A stretch of 62,388 nt of DNA, filler included, from Choristocarpus tenellus KU-1152 (lineage: Eukaryota; Protista; Phaeophyceae), in NCBI GenBank assembly GCA_964200185.2. It is 7 parts of 7 records of this genome, joined end to end, with 100 filler letters (N's around TTAATTAATTAA, not from the genome) between each part and the next. Parts side by side here need not be neighbours in the genome. Positions count along the whole stretch, not along the records: positions 35,774 to 55,951 come from CAXNAD020000414.1; positions 56,052 to 59,321 come from CAXNAD020021141.1; positions 59,422 to 62,388 come from CAXNAD020023301.1; 4 more parts are not named here. One strand, written 5' to 3'. A model generated the notes under the pieces. The model ran no database searches and had not been told where the DNA came from. It saw only the letters and a list, made by a program, of their open reading frames with translations. Position numbers and translations under genes: made by a program. This document shows, one piece after another, positions 52,035-62,388 of this stretch (positions are counted from its first letter, which is position 1; every line of letters starts with the position of its first letter).

Positions 52035-53917
52035 ATGACTAGACCTGTGCTAACTGTGCTCTCGAACATCCTAGTACTAGCCCATTGCCTGGCATTTTGC
52101 CCTCCTTCTGGTTGTCGCCTTGGAATGGGGATAGAGAGAGTAAGAGTAAGAATGGATTCAACCAGGCGACATTTACCCTGTCGGCTGACTTCTTCTGCGA
52201 ACGACGACCTCGACTTTGACAAAGAAAGATTGCAGCGAGAGTCTCAGGACCTAGATAATATCATTAGGGGGCGACGGGGAATATCCTTGGAAGCGGTGGA
52301 GAGAGAATGGAGGGCAGAGCTCATGCGGATGATGGAGGAAGATGGGGAAAGACTCTGTGCTGAGGCGTACGGAGGTTACCTTGAAAAGGGTTTGGGTGGG
52401 ATGTTTGTAAGTACTTAACCCCAGAATACACCCTCTACCAAAATAGAGACCCATTTATCCTTCAATATTCAAGGTATAGACCAACGTTCATTAGTAGATA
52501 GGGTTGTGTAGAGTCAACCAAATGCAAGCGTAAGGTTGATCTCCCTCCCTGGAGGGACCTCTATCTGTGCTGAACTTATGGGTGTATAGACCTAATGCCT
52601 TGCTGCAGATGTGATCCATATGTTGATTCCAACATGACTCCAACATACAACTCGTTTTCTGAACCCCTACAGGTAAATGTTGACGTAAGTATGAGTAACA
52701 ACCAGGCTGGACACTCACTCGAGAGAAAAGCACTGGGTGTGTTCCGTTCTCTAGATGAGGTGGTAGTCGAACGTTCTGACCGGGTGCTTCCAGATGATCA
52801 CATAGAGATCATACGAAGATGCCAAGAGTACAACCCAGAGGTATGCGAGTGTGTGTGTATGTAATGGCAGGGAGAGGAATGCAATTTTTTGTTTAATTGC
52901 TGCAATTGCAATCGTATACTTCTCTGTCAAATGTGGCTTTCATTTTAGAGCAAAGGACCTCCACACTTCCACCACGACACTAAAGATATTAGTTCAACTT
53001 CCTCGTCCACCTCTCGCTCTGCCACCCATGAACACTTGTGTAACCTCCCCTCAACTCAAGAACAAACCCATTTACTTGTTGTTGTTGGAAATGAATAAGT
53101 TTGACAAAGTTCAAGTCTAGTAGGTAAAGGGGCAATGATTTTTTTCTCTTCGCAAGTGCACTAGTAGTCGCAGAATTGCAATGATACACCAGGCGACCAG
53201 ATATTGATGCCAGCTTATCATGCCATCTGTACCTTTTTGGATCTGGTAAGCAGGTAACAGATACAGTAGCTATTGACCTGATCTTCTCTCTATGAGTATC
53301 AGGAAAATGATGCAGAGAATGTGGATGCAACGCAGTGATCACCCCTTGCATTCTGTCACAATGCATGACAGTCAATTTGCAACTGGTTGTATTGTTTAAT
53401 TATTAATCAGAGTGTGCCAGGAGTAAATCCTCTTCCGAGGTTGACACCAAGTATGGAATTGGGTTTTTCGAATTTGAATAAACTTTGGGGGGGGGGGGGG
53501 GGGGAGGATAGGTGTTTTAGTTGGTGTTGGTTGTAGCATACGTGACTTTGCTATGTGAAGGATGCTGATGGTACGACCATCCAGCTTAGGGAGAGAAGTA
53601 GCTTTCAACTTCCAACCGAAATCCATAGCCTCAACGAAGATACTTTGCTGACAAACCTAATGCCATTACAATGAATATGTCTGGGCCACCACGAATGGGT
53701 GGGGTATGTATTTGTATTACCATTACAACTCTCTGTTTCTATTTCACCCCTTTTGTTGTGTACAAATTGTGTCTCCTCCGTGCAGACTGGTTTTGTTGTG
53801 GTGTTCGGGCACCAGGGTCTTGTGGGCGTACAGATATTCCGACCATCACAACCACCCCGCAAGGTGTATGAAGCCTTCCGAAGCATAGGCTCAGAGCAGG
53901 GAGAGTGGTTGGAGTGA
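52035..53917 (+). CDS. Putative plastid-targeted protein (~223 aa) with a CcmS-like domain; exons 52035-52406, 52673-52840, 53786-53917
   Basis: Two phase-0 GT-AG introns (GTAAGT, GTATGC donors). N-terminus MTRPVLTVLSNILVLAHCLA-FCPP is a signal peptide with an A-F cleavage site followed by an Arg/Ser-rich stretch. Mature part WRAELMRMMEEDGERLCAEAYGGYLEKGLGGMFVNV...IIRRCQEYNPETGFVVVFGHQGLVGVQIFRPSQPPRKVYE. The gene model is solid; the CcmS likeness is from memory. Confidence 0.8.
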
Positions 53918-55926
53918 TAAGGAGCTGCGTGAGACCTCATTGCGTGCTGAAACATGTGAACACTTGCTGCAAGGAGTGGTGTGTGTTGGTGTTTGTATTT
54001 GCTTGTGTGGTGAAACGAAGTGTGTACAAGGTTAGAATATTCAGCTGTGTAGTCTGAAACATAGCAGCGGGGGGTGTAACCATTCTTCTCTGGGATACAT
54101 CTTTTATCCATTCTAATTGCGTTGAGTTTTTAATTGAATGATGACCGTGTGGCCTGGACCTCAGAACCTCTCAGCTTTCCTGTACCAACAAGGTAAGTAT
54201 ACCCAACTTGTTGGCAGTCCAGCGATTTTTGATGACAAAGTAAAGATTGCTAGCAAGGACATATTGAGGGGACAACAGTTGTTATGACAGTGTATGGCAC
54301 ACCACTAAAGTGCCAACATGACATCAGCGTTATATGAACTTAACCCATCATATTGCCATTAGTTCTTTTGCCGTCAAATAATACCGCTGAATCCACTAGT
54401 TTTTTACTTCCATTTCCTACAGTCATCTTTGATATTTCATGTTTACATATTTGGGGGTATATAGGACTGTTGTAGATGTAAAGTAGGAACGGGAATGAAG
54501 AACTACGCATGCATTGCAGCTAGAGGTTTACAAGAGTGGGCATGATTTGGGGTACAGAACAATGCCTGCAGTGTGAGGTGGTCACATGTTTGTGTATTTT
54601 GTCAACCAGTTAAATTCGTTGTGCCTTCACTTGACTTGTGTAGTGTAGCAACCTATCAGTTCCAAGATTTTTTTTTCAGGTCACCTGTTTATCACAAAAT
54701 GTACACAGGCAATACACGTTAGCTATCCCTGTTGAAGTGTACTTTGCTTTGTTATCCTGCAGAGAGGTTTACGTCACGAGTACTATTTGTTGTGTATGTG
54801 CTGGAGTTAAAGAGGCGTTCTGTGGTGCATTAACACTATTTTACGTTGTGAGTATAAATGTACTGTATTCAACAACTGGTGCTTAAAAATGTGTTTGTCA
54901 TTAGTTCATCAAAACTGGATTGGTGCTCTATTTGCATGCAGCTTCTGTGGTCTTGGTTTGGCTCCACCTTTCTCCTTCATGAGTAAAATTGCAGAATACC
55001 CATGGACATCCACAATTGTATTTCTGGTCCGAAGTGTGTGTAGTAATAATGTAAATGATCAGAATACTTACCTGAGTCCCTCCCTCATTATAGGACCCCA
55101 ACCTGGTTGATACTAGTATATTATTTATCATAGTGCCTCAAAAGAATGAGAACACTGAATTCAGATGTCTCTTTTTTTCCATGGACAGTGCAACTTAAGA
55201 CTGATCTTAACTTTATCTACACCTTGTTACCAGATGTGCACTATTATAGCGTCACCCATGTAGGATACCATTGTACATACTCCTCACAATACCAATGTGA
55301 ACCTTCTTGTGTGCATCCAGGCACGCTTGGTGGCACAGAATACCAAAGCACACATGCAATCACAATCTACTCTCTCTGGCTGGTGACTGCAACCGTTTAT
55401 GCTGCAGTGTCGTAAGAATCCTCAAAACATTTGTTTTTTAGAGTGATCGTGTATAAGCCGCCAGTGTAGTGGATGACCTTGAATTTTTCAAGCATATCCA
55501 CTTGTGAGGTAACTCTAAACGTGCAATTGAGACCAACAATCCACTTCTCCACTGCATGATAGTGCAAGACAAGTTTGCATCAAAACCCCAGCTTATATAG
55601 TTTTTGTTTCAAACAGAAATTACATGTGTACATTGGACCTTAAGACATTGGAGGATGGCAACACAAGGCCATGCTTTCAAAATAACTTGCCATTGCAGTC
55701 TAGGTATGCTTGCTGAGTTGTGTCCACAGGTAAATATATGTAGAGAGGGGCCATATTCTTTATGTATGTCCCAAACCTTGTCTGGAACTTTAGTGATGCC
55801 TTTGTTTGAAATGGTGTTGAACTTGTACTAAATGATATAGAGTGATTCAAAGAGACTGTGGCTAGTCAGACAATAAAGTGCAAAGTGCCAGAGGGAATAA
55901 CAGATGTAAAAATAATCATACCACAT

Positions 55927-55951
55927 GGCTCAAAGTATGTGGGGGGGGGGA
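55927..55951. mobile_element. MITE family A, terminal fragment at contig end
   Basis: GGCTCAAAGTATGTGGGGGGGGGGG directly before the spacer. Confidence 0.65.
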
Positions 55952-56051
55952 NNNNNNNNNNNNNNNNNNNNNNNNNNNNNNNNNNNNNNNNNNNNTTAAT
56001 TAATTAANNNNNNNNNNNNNNNNNNNNNNNNNNNNNNNNNNNNNNNNNNNN
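55952..56051. other. Artificial contig spacer
   Basis: N44-TTAATTAATTAA-N44. Confidence 0.97.
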
Positions 56052-58010
56052 CTCCCTACACCATTCAGCACCGCTCAACCCCCCAACACTTTCCCCCCCT
56101 TTCCACTCCCCCACACCGCTCCACAATCATCCAACAGCACCCCTTCATCATCCACTTCATATCGCGCCTTTGAACTAGATGACATCTACCTCCCCCAGAC
56201 ATGACCTCCCCTCCTCCTCGGGGTGGATTTCTAACCTATTTCACCGCTCTACCTCCTGCCCCGGTTGTACCCAATCCTCCCATACTTTCCTCCGCTCTTT
56301 TCCCTTCCACCTTACACATTGTCGGCACGGCTCCCTTCCTACCCTGGTCTACGTTTGACCCTGTGAATGTCACCTCGACTTTCTCCCCTTGATGTCTATC
56401 CTCCCACCTTGTTCTCTCTACTCCTTTCCTCCGTACCACATGTCTCTCCTACTCCTTACCACAAAATTCCCATGCACCCCGCCTCTTCATCACAATCCCA
56501 TAACTTTGATGCTCTTGCTAAAAAGAAGAAAGAGAACCCCAACTCTAACCTTGTCAGTTCACCCTCCCTTCCTAACAATTCCATACAGTGCTTTGTTTCT
56601 ACAATCACCCTCCATGTCAGGGGTCCCCTCTTTTTAGGCTGACTGTCCGTTTTTGTGTGACTCCTACTCATACCCTTTAGCCCTGAGGAAATCATGAAGT
56701 GTTGCGTGGGAAGTTTGAAGTCGAGAAATTGTTTATGGTACTACTGGATTGCTTAAATCTTACCCTCGGTTGTATCTACTTGATCCCCCTCACTCCCACA
56801 TCAAAAGCGCATAAACTCCACTAGAGCCTTCCCTACACATCCTACTCTCGATTTCTGGGGTCCAGTCACCTACTCAGTCCTCTATATGTACGAAACTCAG
56901 ACCACTCCTCCCAAGCTGTCTCATAACACTTCTGAGTAGATGGCACAACCGAACCTCTGGCGTACAGGGCTGCAAGGCACTCAAACACATCATCTCCCCT
57001 TCCCAACCCAGGGACTCTTCTTGCCAATCAACACGTGGACAAGCATGTTGGAGGTTAGATTAACTCTTGTCCCTATCCCATCCTGATATTCCATCTGCCA
57101 GATCATGCTTCTTCCCATCAACGTGCTCTGCTGCAAACGACCATTCCCCAGCAACCTCAATGCCCCCATTATCCTCATCAATCCCCCTGCTCTCCTCTCT
57201 CTTGCCCCCCCACACTTACGAAACCAATGGACTGCAGAATTGTTGTCTCCTCTTAAGAATGCTGGGTCACCCTTCTTCTTTGCCCTTCCTCCATCTCCAA
57301 CACCAATAACCACGCATTGAATACCATCCCCAACACCACTTCAAGTACCTTGATTGATATACTCCCCCTCTCTCTCCATTAATCACGAGATCCTTTTTCA
57401 CGCACTCCGGGTAGAGCTTCAGTATCTTAGAGGGTAGAGCCGCGTCCATTTGAGGGCCAAAATCCAATGTTGCGATTATGATGTAATTTTGGCTATCGTA
57501 ATTGTTAGGAAGTGTCATATCCTTGTTCCGGTCACACCTTTTCATAATGCATACATTTTACCTACTCCGAAAACGTTTAAAGTAGGAAAATGTCATAATA
57601 AAACCCATGTAAGCCAAGCCTCAAACTGACAAACAAGGCAAAACTTGTACCCTCTAAGATTCTTTCACTCGGTACTCATACCTCCACCACTTACCCGTCT
57701 CCATGTTGTAGCCTCCTACTGCTGTAAATCACTCATTTGAGTACCTTGTCATCAGTGGTGGTCTAACCACATAGGAACTCAGGTTCTCCCCTCTTTCTCT
57801 ACCACGCACCCCCACCATTACAAGTCTTCCCTAAATTCCCCACCCATTCTGACCTCTCTGTTTCCTTCCCTCACCCCTCCACTCTGTTCTCTCTGACCAC
57901 CCCCATGGACTATCATACTTGGCTCCATTTTCCTTTACCCTGAAACACTATCCCCTGCTCTATGTCTATCCCCTCTGACCCATTTATCACTGCTAGTCTA
58001 CCCAGTCAGC
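56052..58010 (-). mobile_element. Decayed DIRS/Ngaro-like tyrosine-recombinase retrotransposon, interrupted by a MITE B copy
   Basis: RNase H-like ETGKWWRYEYP...LRGDNNSAVHWFRKCGGARERRAGGLMRIMGAL, followed downstream by recombinase-like KVEVTFTGSNVDQGRKGAV (cf. V.V.F..SK.DQ...G). Stops and frameshifts; boundaries approximate. Confidence 0.7.
57414..57670. mobile_element. MITE family B, full copy with 4-bp TSD GGTA
   Basis: GGTA|GAGCTTCAGTATCTTAGAGGGTA...TACCCTCTAAGATTCTTTCACTC|GGTA. Removing it plus one GGTA restores the minus-strand frame WWRYEYPECVKK. Confidence 0.92.
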
Positions 58011-59279
58011 CCCCCCCCGGTGCAATCCCAACGGGTACGCCAGCCTCCAAATTATAGCCCCAAGGCAGACTCGCAGGATCTATGACCCACCCTATTCTTT
58101 TTCTTCAAATATATGTGCATGTATTTGGAATAAAACATAAATCGCCCAAACCAGCTAGTCTCTGACGTAATAACCTTGGGTTATGGTATATTGCACCCTC
58201 AAAATATCCCTGGTAGTCGTTATCGGGTTCAACCACTCCAGCCTATGCCTCCACACACTTTGTACTCCAGTTCTTGTCTACCAACACCCTCCTTGTAATA
58301 CTGACATTGTACTCCCCCTTTAGAGTTTCGTTGGTATCTCCCTAGATAAGACCTACGCCATACCTCACGTCTGTATTAGTTGCGATTGTATTTTTTCCTC
58401 CTGGATGTCATGAGATAGAAACTGCTATACTGAGTGCTTGGAACGGTTTGGGCTGGTTTGGTCAGGGGCTCCCTGTTGAATCCTGATTTCGTATGAGTTG
58501 TGCATTGTTGTGGTGTGTCAAGTTCGTAACGAAGGAGGGTATCATAATTGTTCTGGTAGGTCTGATGACATATTTTACCCTAGCAGACATTGATTGATGT
58601 GAAAGTGTGTTTGTTTGTGCAGCGATTAATACGTTTAGGGACAGTTGTGTTTCATAGTACAACAAGACACCTGCGGGTTCGGTCTGGTGCGTCTGAAGGC
58701 ATGTTTTACTCAATCAGACTATATGGTTGGTGTGAATGAAATGTGTACTGGTACGTCTGGCAGCATGTATTTCTCAAACAGACTATGGTTGATGTGTCAT
58801 TCATTGAGACGCTCAAGTGAAGAGATTGATGCTCCGTGAAGAGGCTTGTCACCTTAGCTTAGAAAGGTTTCGGAGGATGGTTTTAACTGTGGATATTTTG
58901 CATCATGGCGTGTGTCTGGTAGACGTGTTGCAGGGCGAATAGGATGTCTTCAGAGGAGGTTTTGCCAGTCAAGCAAAAACAATACACTTATCAGCACATG
59001 CTGCGCAACTGATAACTTCTTGTGTGAAGAAGAAGAAGTATGACAAAGAAGTAAAACAAAGAAGAAATGTGAAGCTTAAGGTCGAATCCATGTATAAGGT
59101 AACTAATGCGGCACATTTTTGAAACCTGAAGCGAATGCATCATACATGTAAGCAAAATGCGTAGACTACTAGCGATGAGGAATTATGTTGTTTCAAAGCA
59201 CCGATGAGCGATATGCGTAGTCTATATTATGCATAGGTGTGATTGTGCTGCAAAGCACCGATGTATTTGTTATATTGTA

Positions 59280-59321
59280 GGCCCAAAGTATCTGGGGGGG
59301 GGGTGGCGGCTGTCCATTTGG
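59280..59321. mobile_element. MITE family A, partial copy at contig end
   Basis: GGCCCAAAGTATCTGGGGGGGGGGTGGCGGCTGTCCATTTGG. Confidence 0.82.
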
Positions 59322-59421
59322 NNNNNNNNNNNNNNNNNNNNNNNNNNNNNNNNNNNNNNNNNNNNTTAATTAATTAANNNNNNNNNNNNNNNNNNNNNNN
59401 NNNNNNNNNNNNNNNNNNNNN
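59322..59421. other. Artificial contig spacer
   Basis: N44-TTAATTAATTAA-N44. Confidence 0.97.
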
Positions 59422-59439
59422 AAGGGGGGAGTGGGGGCC

Positions 59440-59700
59440 GGAAAGCAGGGACGAAAGGGGTCGCAGTGGTTGGTCATCAGAGAGGGGGGGTGACTGGAAA
59501 TCAGTGGCGAAGGGGTCGCCCTGGTTGGTCATCAGATGTAGGGGTGACTGGAAATCAGGGACGAAGGGGGGTTCGCCCTGGTTGGTCATCAGATGTGGGG
59601 GTGACTGGAAATCAGTGGCGAAAGGAGTTTGCCCTGGTTGGTCATCAGAGATGGACGGTGGCTGAAAATCAGTGGCGAAGAGGTCGCTCTGGTTGGTCAC
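59440..59700. repeat. G-rich minisatellite, ~56-bp unit, ~4.5 copies
   Basis: GGTTGGTCA anchors at 59468, 59523, 59580, 59636 and 59691; unit GGTTGGTCATCAGA..GGGGTGACTGGAAATCAGTGGCGAAGGGGTCGCCCT. Confidence 0.9.
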
Positions 59701-60372
59701 AAGGGTTGTTAGAATGTGGGGAGAAAAGGCAACAGGGAGGAATACAAATGTAGAATAAAATAATAATAATCCAGAATTCGTGAGCTAAACAAAATATCTT
59801 TCTAGTGAAATTGTAATTATAATTGGGTTAGGGTTAGTGTATGGAGTAATTATCATAGTAGGAATAAACTACTTATATACTCCGAGCATGGAGAGTACAT
59901 CTTGATACTTATTTTCAATATGACGATTTTGTATGCTTTTCATTAAATTTTCCCTTGAGATACATGTGCAAAATGTCAGAGGGTATTATGATGTATTTAG
60001 TATGATTCTATTACTGTACTTTTACTATTTTTTCTTCGTCTATTATTAGACAGACCTCTATGACCACTCACGTTGAAAGGGTATATTTTTTGTTTTCGTT
60101 TGCGTTTGAACTTTGTTCCTTAAGGCGTAATTTATAATATACTGCAGCATCACAGTACTCATTCCAAACGTTTTGCTCCTCTTCTTCCGCAATGGATTTT
60201 CAACCAAGCGTCTGTCAGTGCATGTTCTACTTGCTTTTGTGAAACTATTCCACAGTAGTGAAAAGGTGTACTTGCCCTGATTACATCATGTAGTGCCGTG
60301 GCTCCCAAGTCAATTTTTTTTGCTGAGGTGCATGCTTCCTGACCTCTTCTTTGGATACTGTAAGCAGGTTTT

Positions 60373-60552
60373 GACTCAACGTATCTAGGGGTGGGGTGAG
60401 GGGTCTACACCAGGATGTCTATTAGGGCCCTGACCAGGAGAATTGAACTTACGTTATCCATCTGATGCATACAGCCAAATCACCCAAAAATTGCGACATG
60501 AAAAAATGGGCCCAGAATGGACAGCAGCCACCCCCCCCAGATACTTTGATCC
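60373..60552. mobile_element. MITE family A, full copy
   Basis: GACTCAACGTATCTAGGGG...GTCTACACCAGGATGTC...GAATGGACAGCAGCCACCCCCCCCAGATACTTTGATCC. Confidence 0.85.
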
Positions 60553-61954
60553 CCCTTACTTGTTGCTGGAGCAGTGTTTGCGCATGGATGTGTGGGCTGC
60601 CCAAACCCGAATAGTGGATGGGCAGGAGGTTCGATTGAAACTTGTGACCCCTACTACTCTTCGGTGAGCTGAAGGATTATTATCTTAGCCCAAAATCTTC
60701 GCGCCATCTTGCTCCAAGTGCAGGAAATAAACTGCACCGTTTCAAAAAGGTAGACCTACATAATCGTACGATACTCCAACGGAGTCGAAGTGAGCGGGAT
60801 GCACCCACACAGGATCTCGGCAAATATGTTCAAAATTCGACTTTTTTCAAAAGTTGCGAAGGATATTATCCGAAATTTGTCGAAATCTTTCAAACAATAG
60901 GCAAATAAACCATCTCAAGTAAAACTTAGCACTTCATCCATAGAAATATGAGTGAATTGCAAAAGAATTAAAAACTGTATTATATGCGAAACGACCAAAA
61001 TTTATGTACTTCTCATTTACTTTGCTCAACGGTGCTCACCATTAGTGGTATATTACACGCCGATTGTGTATTCTTCACACAGAATGGAAAAGTATTTTTT
61101 TCTCCCCCAGCTGCATGCCACCATCAATTTACAGATAATTTAATGTATCAGAGTTACCCTTAAATTTTAAATATTGACGGCAAATATGTTTCATGTACTA
61201 AATATAGTAGCAACACATCTACTAGGGCAAACATCTACTTCTTTCTGAACAAGCAGATACCGTGCAATGTACTTCAAAGTAAACTTCTTCCCAACACCGG
61301 CATGTGACTTCTTTTCTATTCCACTAGGTCGGCAATTTCGTCCTGCACTTTGATTTCAGGAGCTAGCTATGATCTAGATCGAGAGCTCTATGCAACAAGA
61401 TGTATCCTAGGAGAAGAGGTGATCGATGCAGCGAGTCATATACTCCAAGTGGTACCTGGACGAGTACATAAAGATATTTGATGACACGCACAAGCAAATA
61501 GAGCTCTTTCTCATTGACTATTTTCTGTTGTGCATCACTTTGACATGATGACACTGTGCATATTGGATTAATTTATTTAGTAATATATTTGTCTGTATGT
61601 GACCATTCGTGTGGGCAGGCCTCACACACATCGAAAATAGGATAGAGAGCTTCGCTACAATATGATCCAGTTTGTATGTAGCCGCGTTCTGGCCAATCAC
61701 CTAGTGTCAATGACGCTAGAAGATCGGGGATAAGTCGGCAAAGGAGAGTTACTAGATAACTCCACCATTAACGATCTTTCCGATTGGCTTTCTATTAGAA
61801 GAGCTGCATTATTGTAATAACAGAGATTTTGTTCGAAGCACTCCAGAATACTGACTGTATGTATGGAAATGATCACAAGGAGGTGTGTTAGGTGATATCG
61901 CCAGTTGACGTTCGCACGCTGGGCACCCTCGTCTTTGCGAAGATCTCCGACTTG

Positions 61955-61988
<34 letters not shown>

Positions 61989-62362
61989 AATCAATGCGCA
62001 GAAAAGTCGAGAAATATCCCAATGTCTTCACAGTCGTAGGAGCACGGAGCCATAGTATACGAACGGTATTTAGGGTTGCATTTCAAGGATGCTGACAAAC
62101 CTACAAAATTTGGCTTTTTGTACAAACGTGTATGCAGCAACGTTTTTCTAAAGTCTGGTTAAAGTTTTAAAAATAGTGAAATCAAAGACCTCTACTCAAT
62201 TCTCTGCCGCAATACATTTATCTGTAGAAAAAAGGGCGAATTACAAAAAAGATTTTAAACGTGGTTTCAAATAAAAAACAGCGAAAACCTGGGTACATAC
62301 AAAAAAAATGCAAGATGGATCATCCCAGGAGTCACTGGTAATGAAAAGAAAATGTGCATAAA

Positions 62363-62388
62363 GACCCAAAGTATCTGGGGGGGGGGGG
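62363..62388. mobile_element. MITE family A, terminal fragment at window end
   Basis: GACCCAAAGTATCTGGGGGGGGGGGG. Confidence 0.78.

Noticed and set aside
1-53917. Carbon-concentrating gene cluster (carbonic anhydrase plus CcmS-like gene)
   Set aside because: They are on different contigs separated by artificial spacers, and the CA is a pseudogene.
59440-59700. Tandem hammerhead ribozymes (CTGATGA in each minus-strand unit)
   Set aside because: No copy has the required downstream GAAA (seen CGAC, CGAC, CGAAC, CAAAC) and no stem II closing pair is evident. An Infernal search with Rfam hammerhead models would settle it.
1-62388. tRNA, rRNA or snRNA genes
   Set aside because: No cloverleaf, A/B-box pair or rRNA-like sequence recognised by eye; tRNAscan-SE and Infernal were not run.

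Overview
Eukaryotic nuclear DNA: intron-rich genes, interstitial TTAGGG tracts and a bipartite-type plastid presequence suggest a stramenopile, probably a brown alga (inference). The window is seven contigs joined by six identical 100-nt artificial spacers (N44-TTAATTAATTAA-N44), so order across spacers is not biological evidence. Genes reconstructed by hand from splice sites and motifs: (1) 3' end of an alpha-carbonic anhydrase pseudogene (1-1072, +); (2) partial SERINC/TMS1-family gene (~10372-15320, -); (3) complete 8-exon Popeye-type 3TM + cyclic-nucleotide-binding protein with two C-terminal helical repeats and a mitochondrial-like presequence (28777-34766, +); (4) last two exons of an unknown gene (35774-36352, +); (5) 15-exon divergent Sec23/Sec24-family gene (40114-51444, -), head-to-head with (6) a 3-exon putative plastid protein that resembles the cyanobacterial carboxysome chaperone CcmS (52035-53917, +). 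The remainder is mostly decayed mobile DNA: two related palindromic MITE families (13 full or partial copies, shared AAGTATCT terminal core, 4-bp TSDs), relics of Sola/DUF7869-like, piggyBac-like and Tc1/IS630-like transposases, a DIRS-like retroelement and several tandem repeats. Best leads: the CcmS-like plastid protein, the possibly mitochondrial Popeye protein, the MITE plus Sola-like transposase system, two GC-AG introns and a methylation-like CpG landscape. Most ORFs in the supplied track are spurious. All family assignments come from motif recognition by eye; no searches were run.
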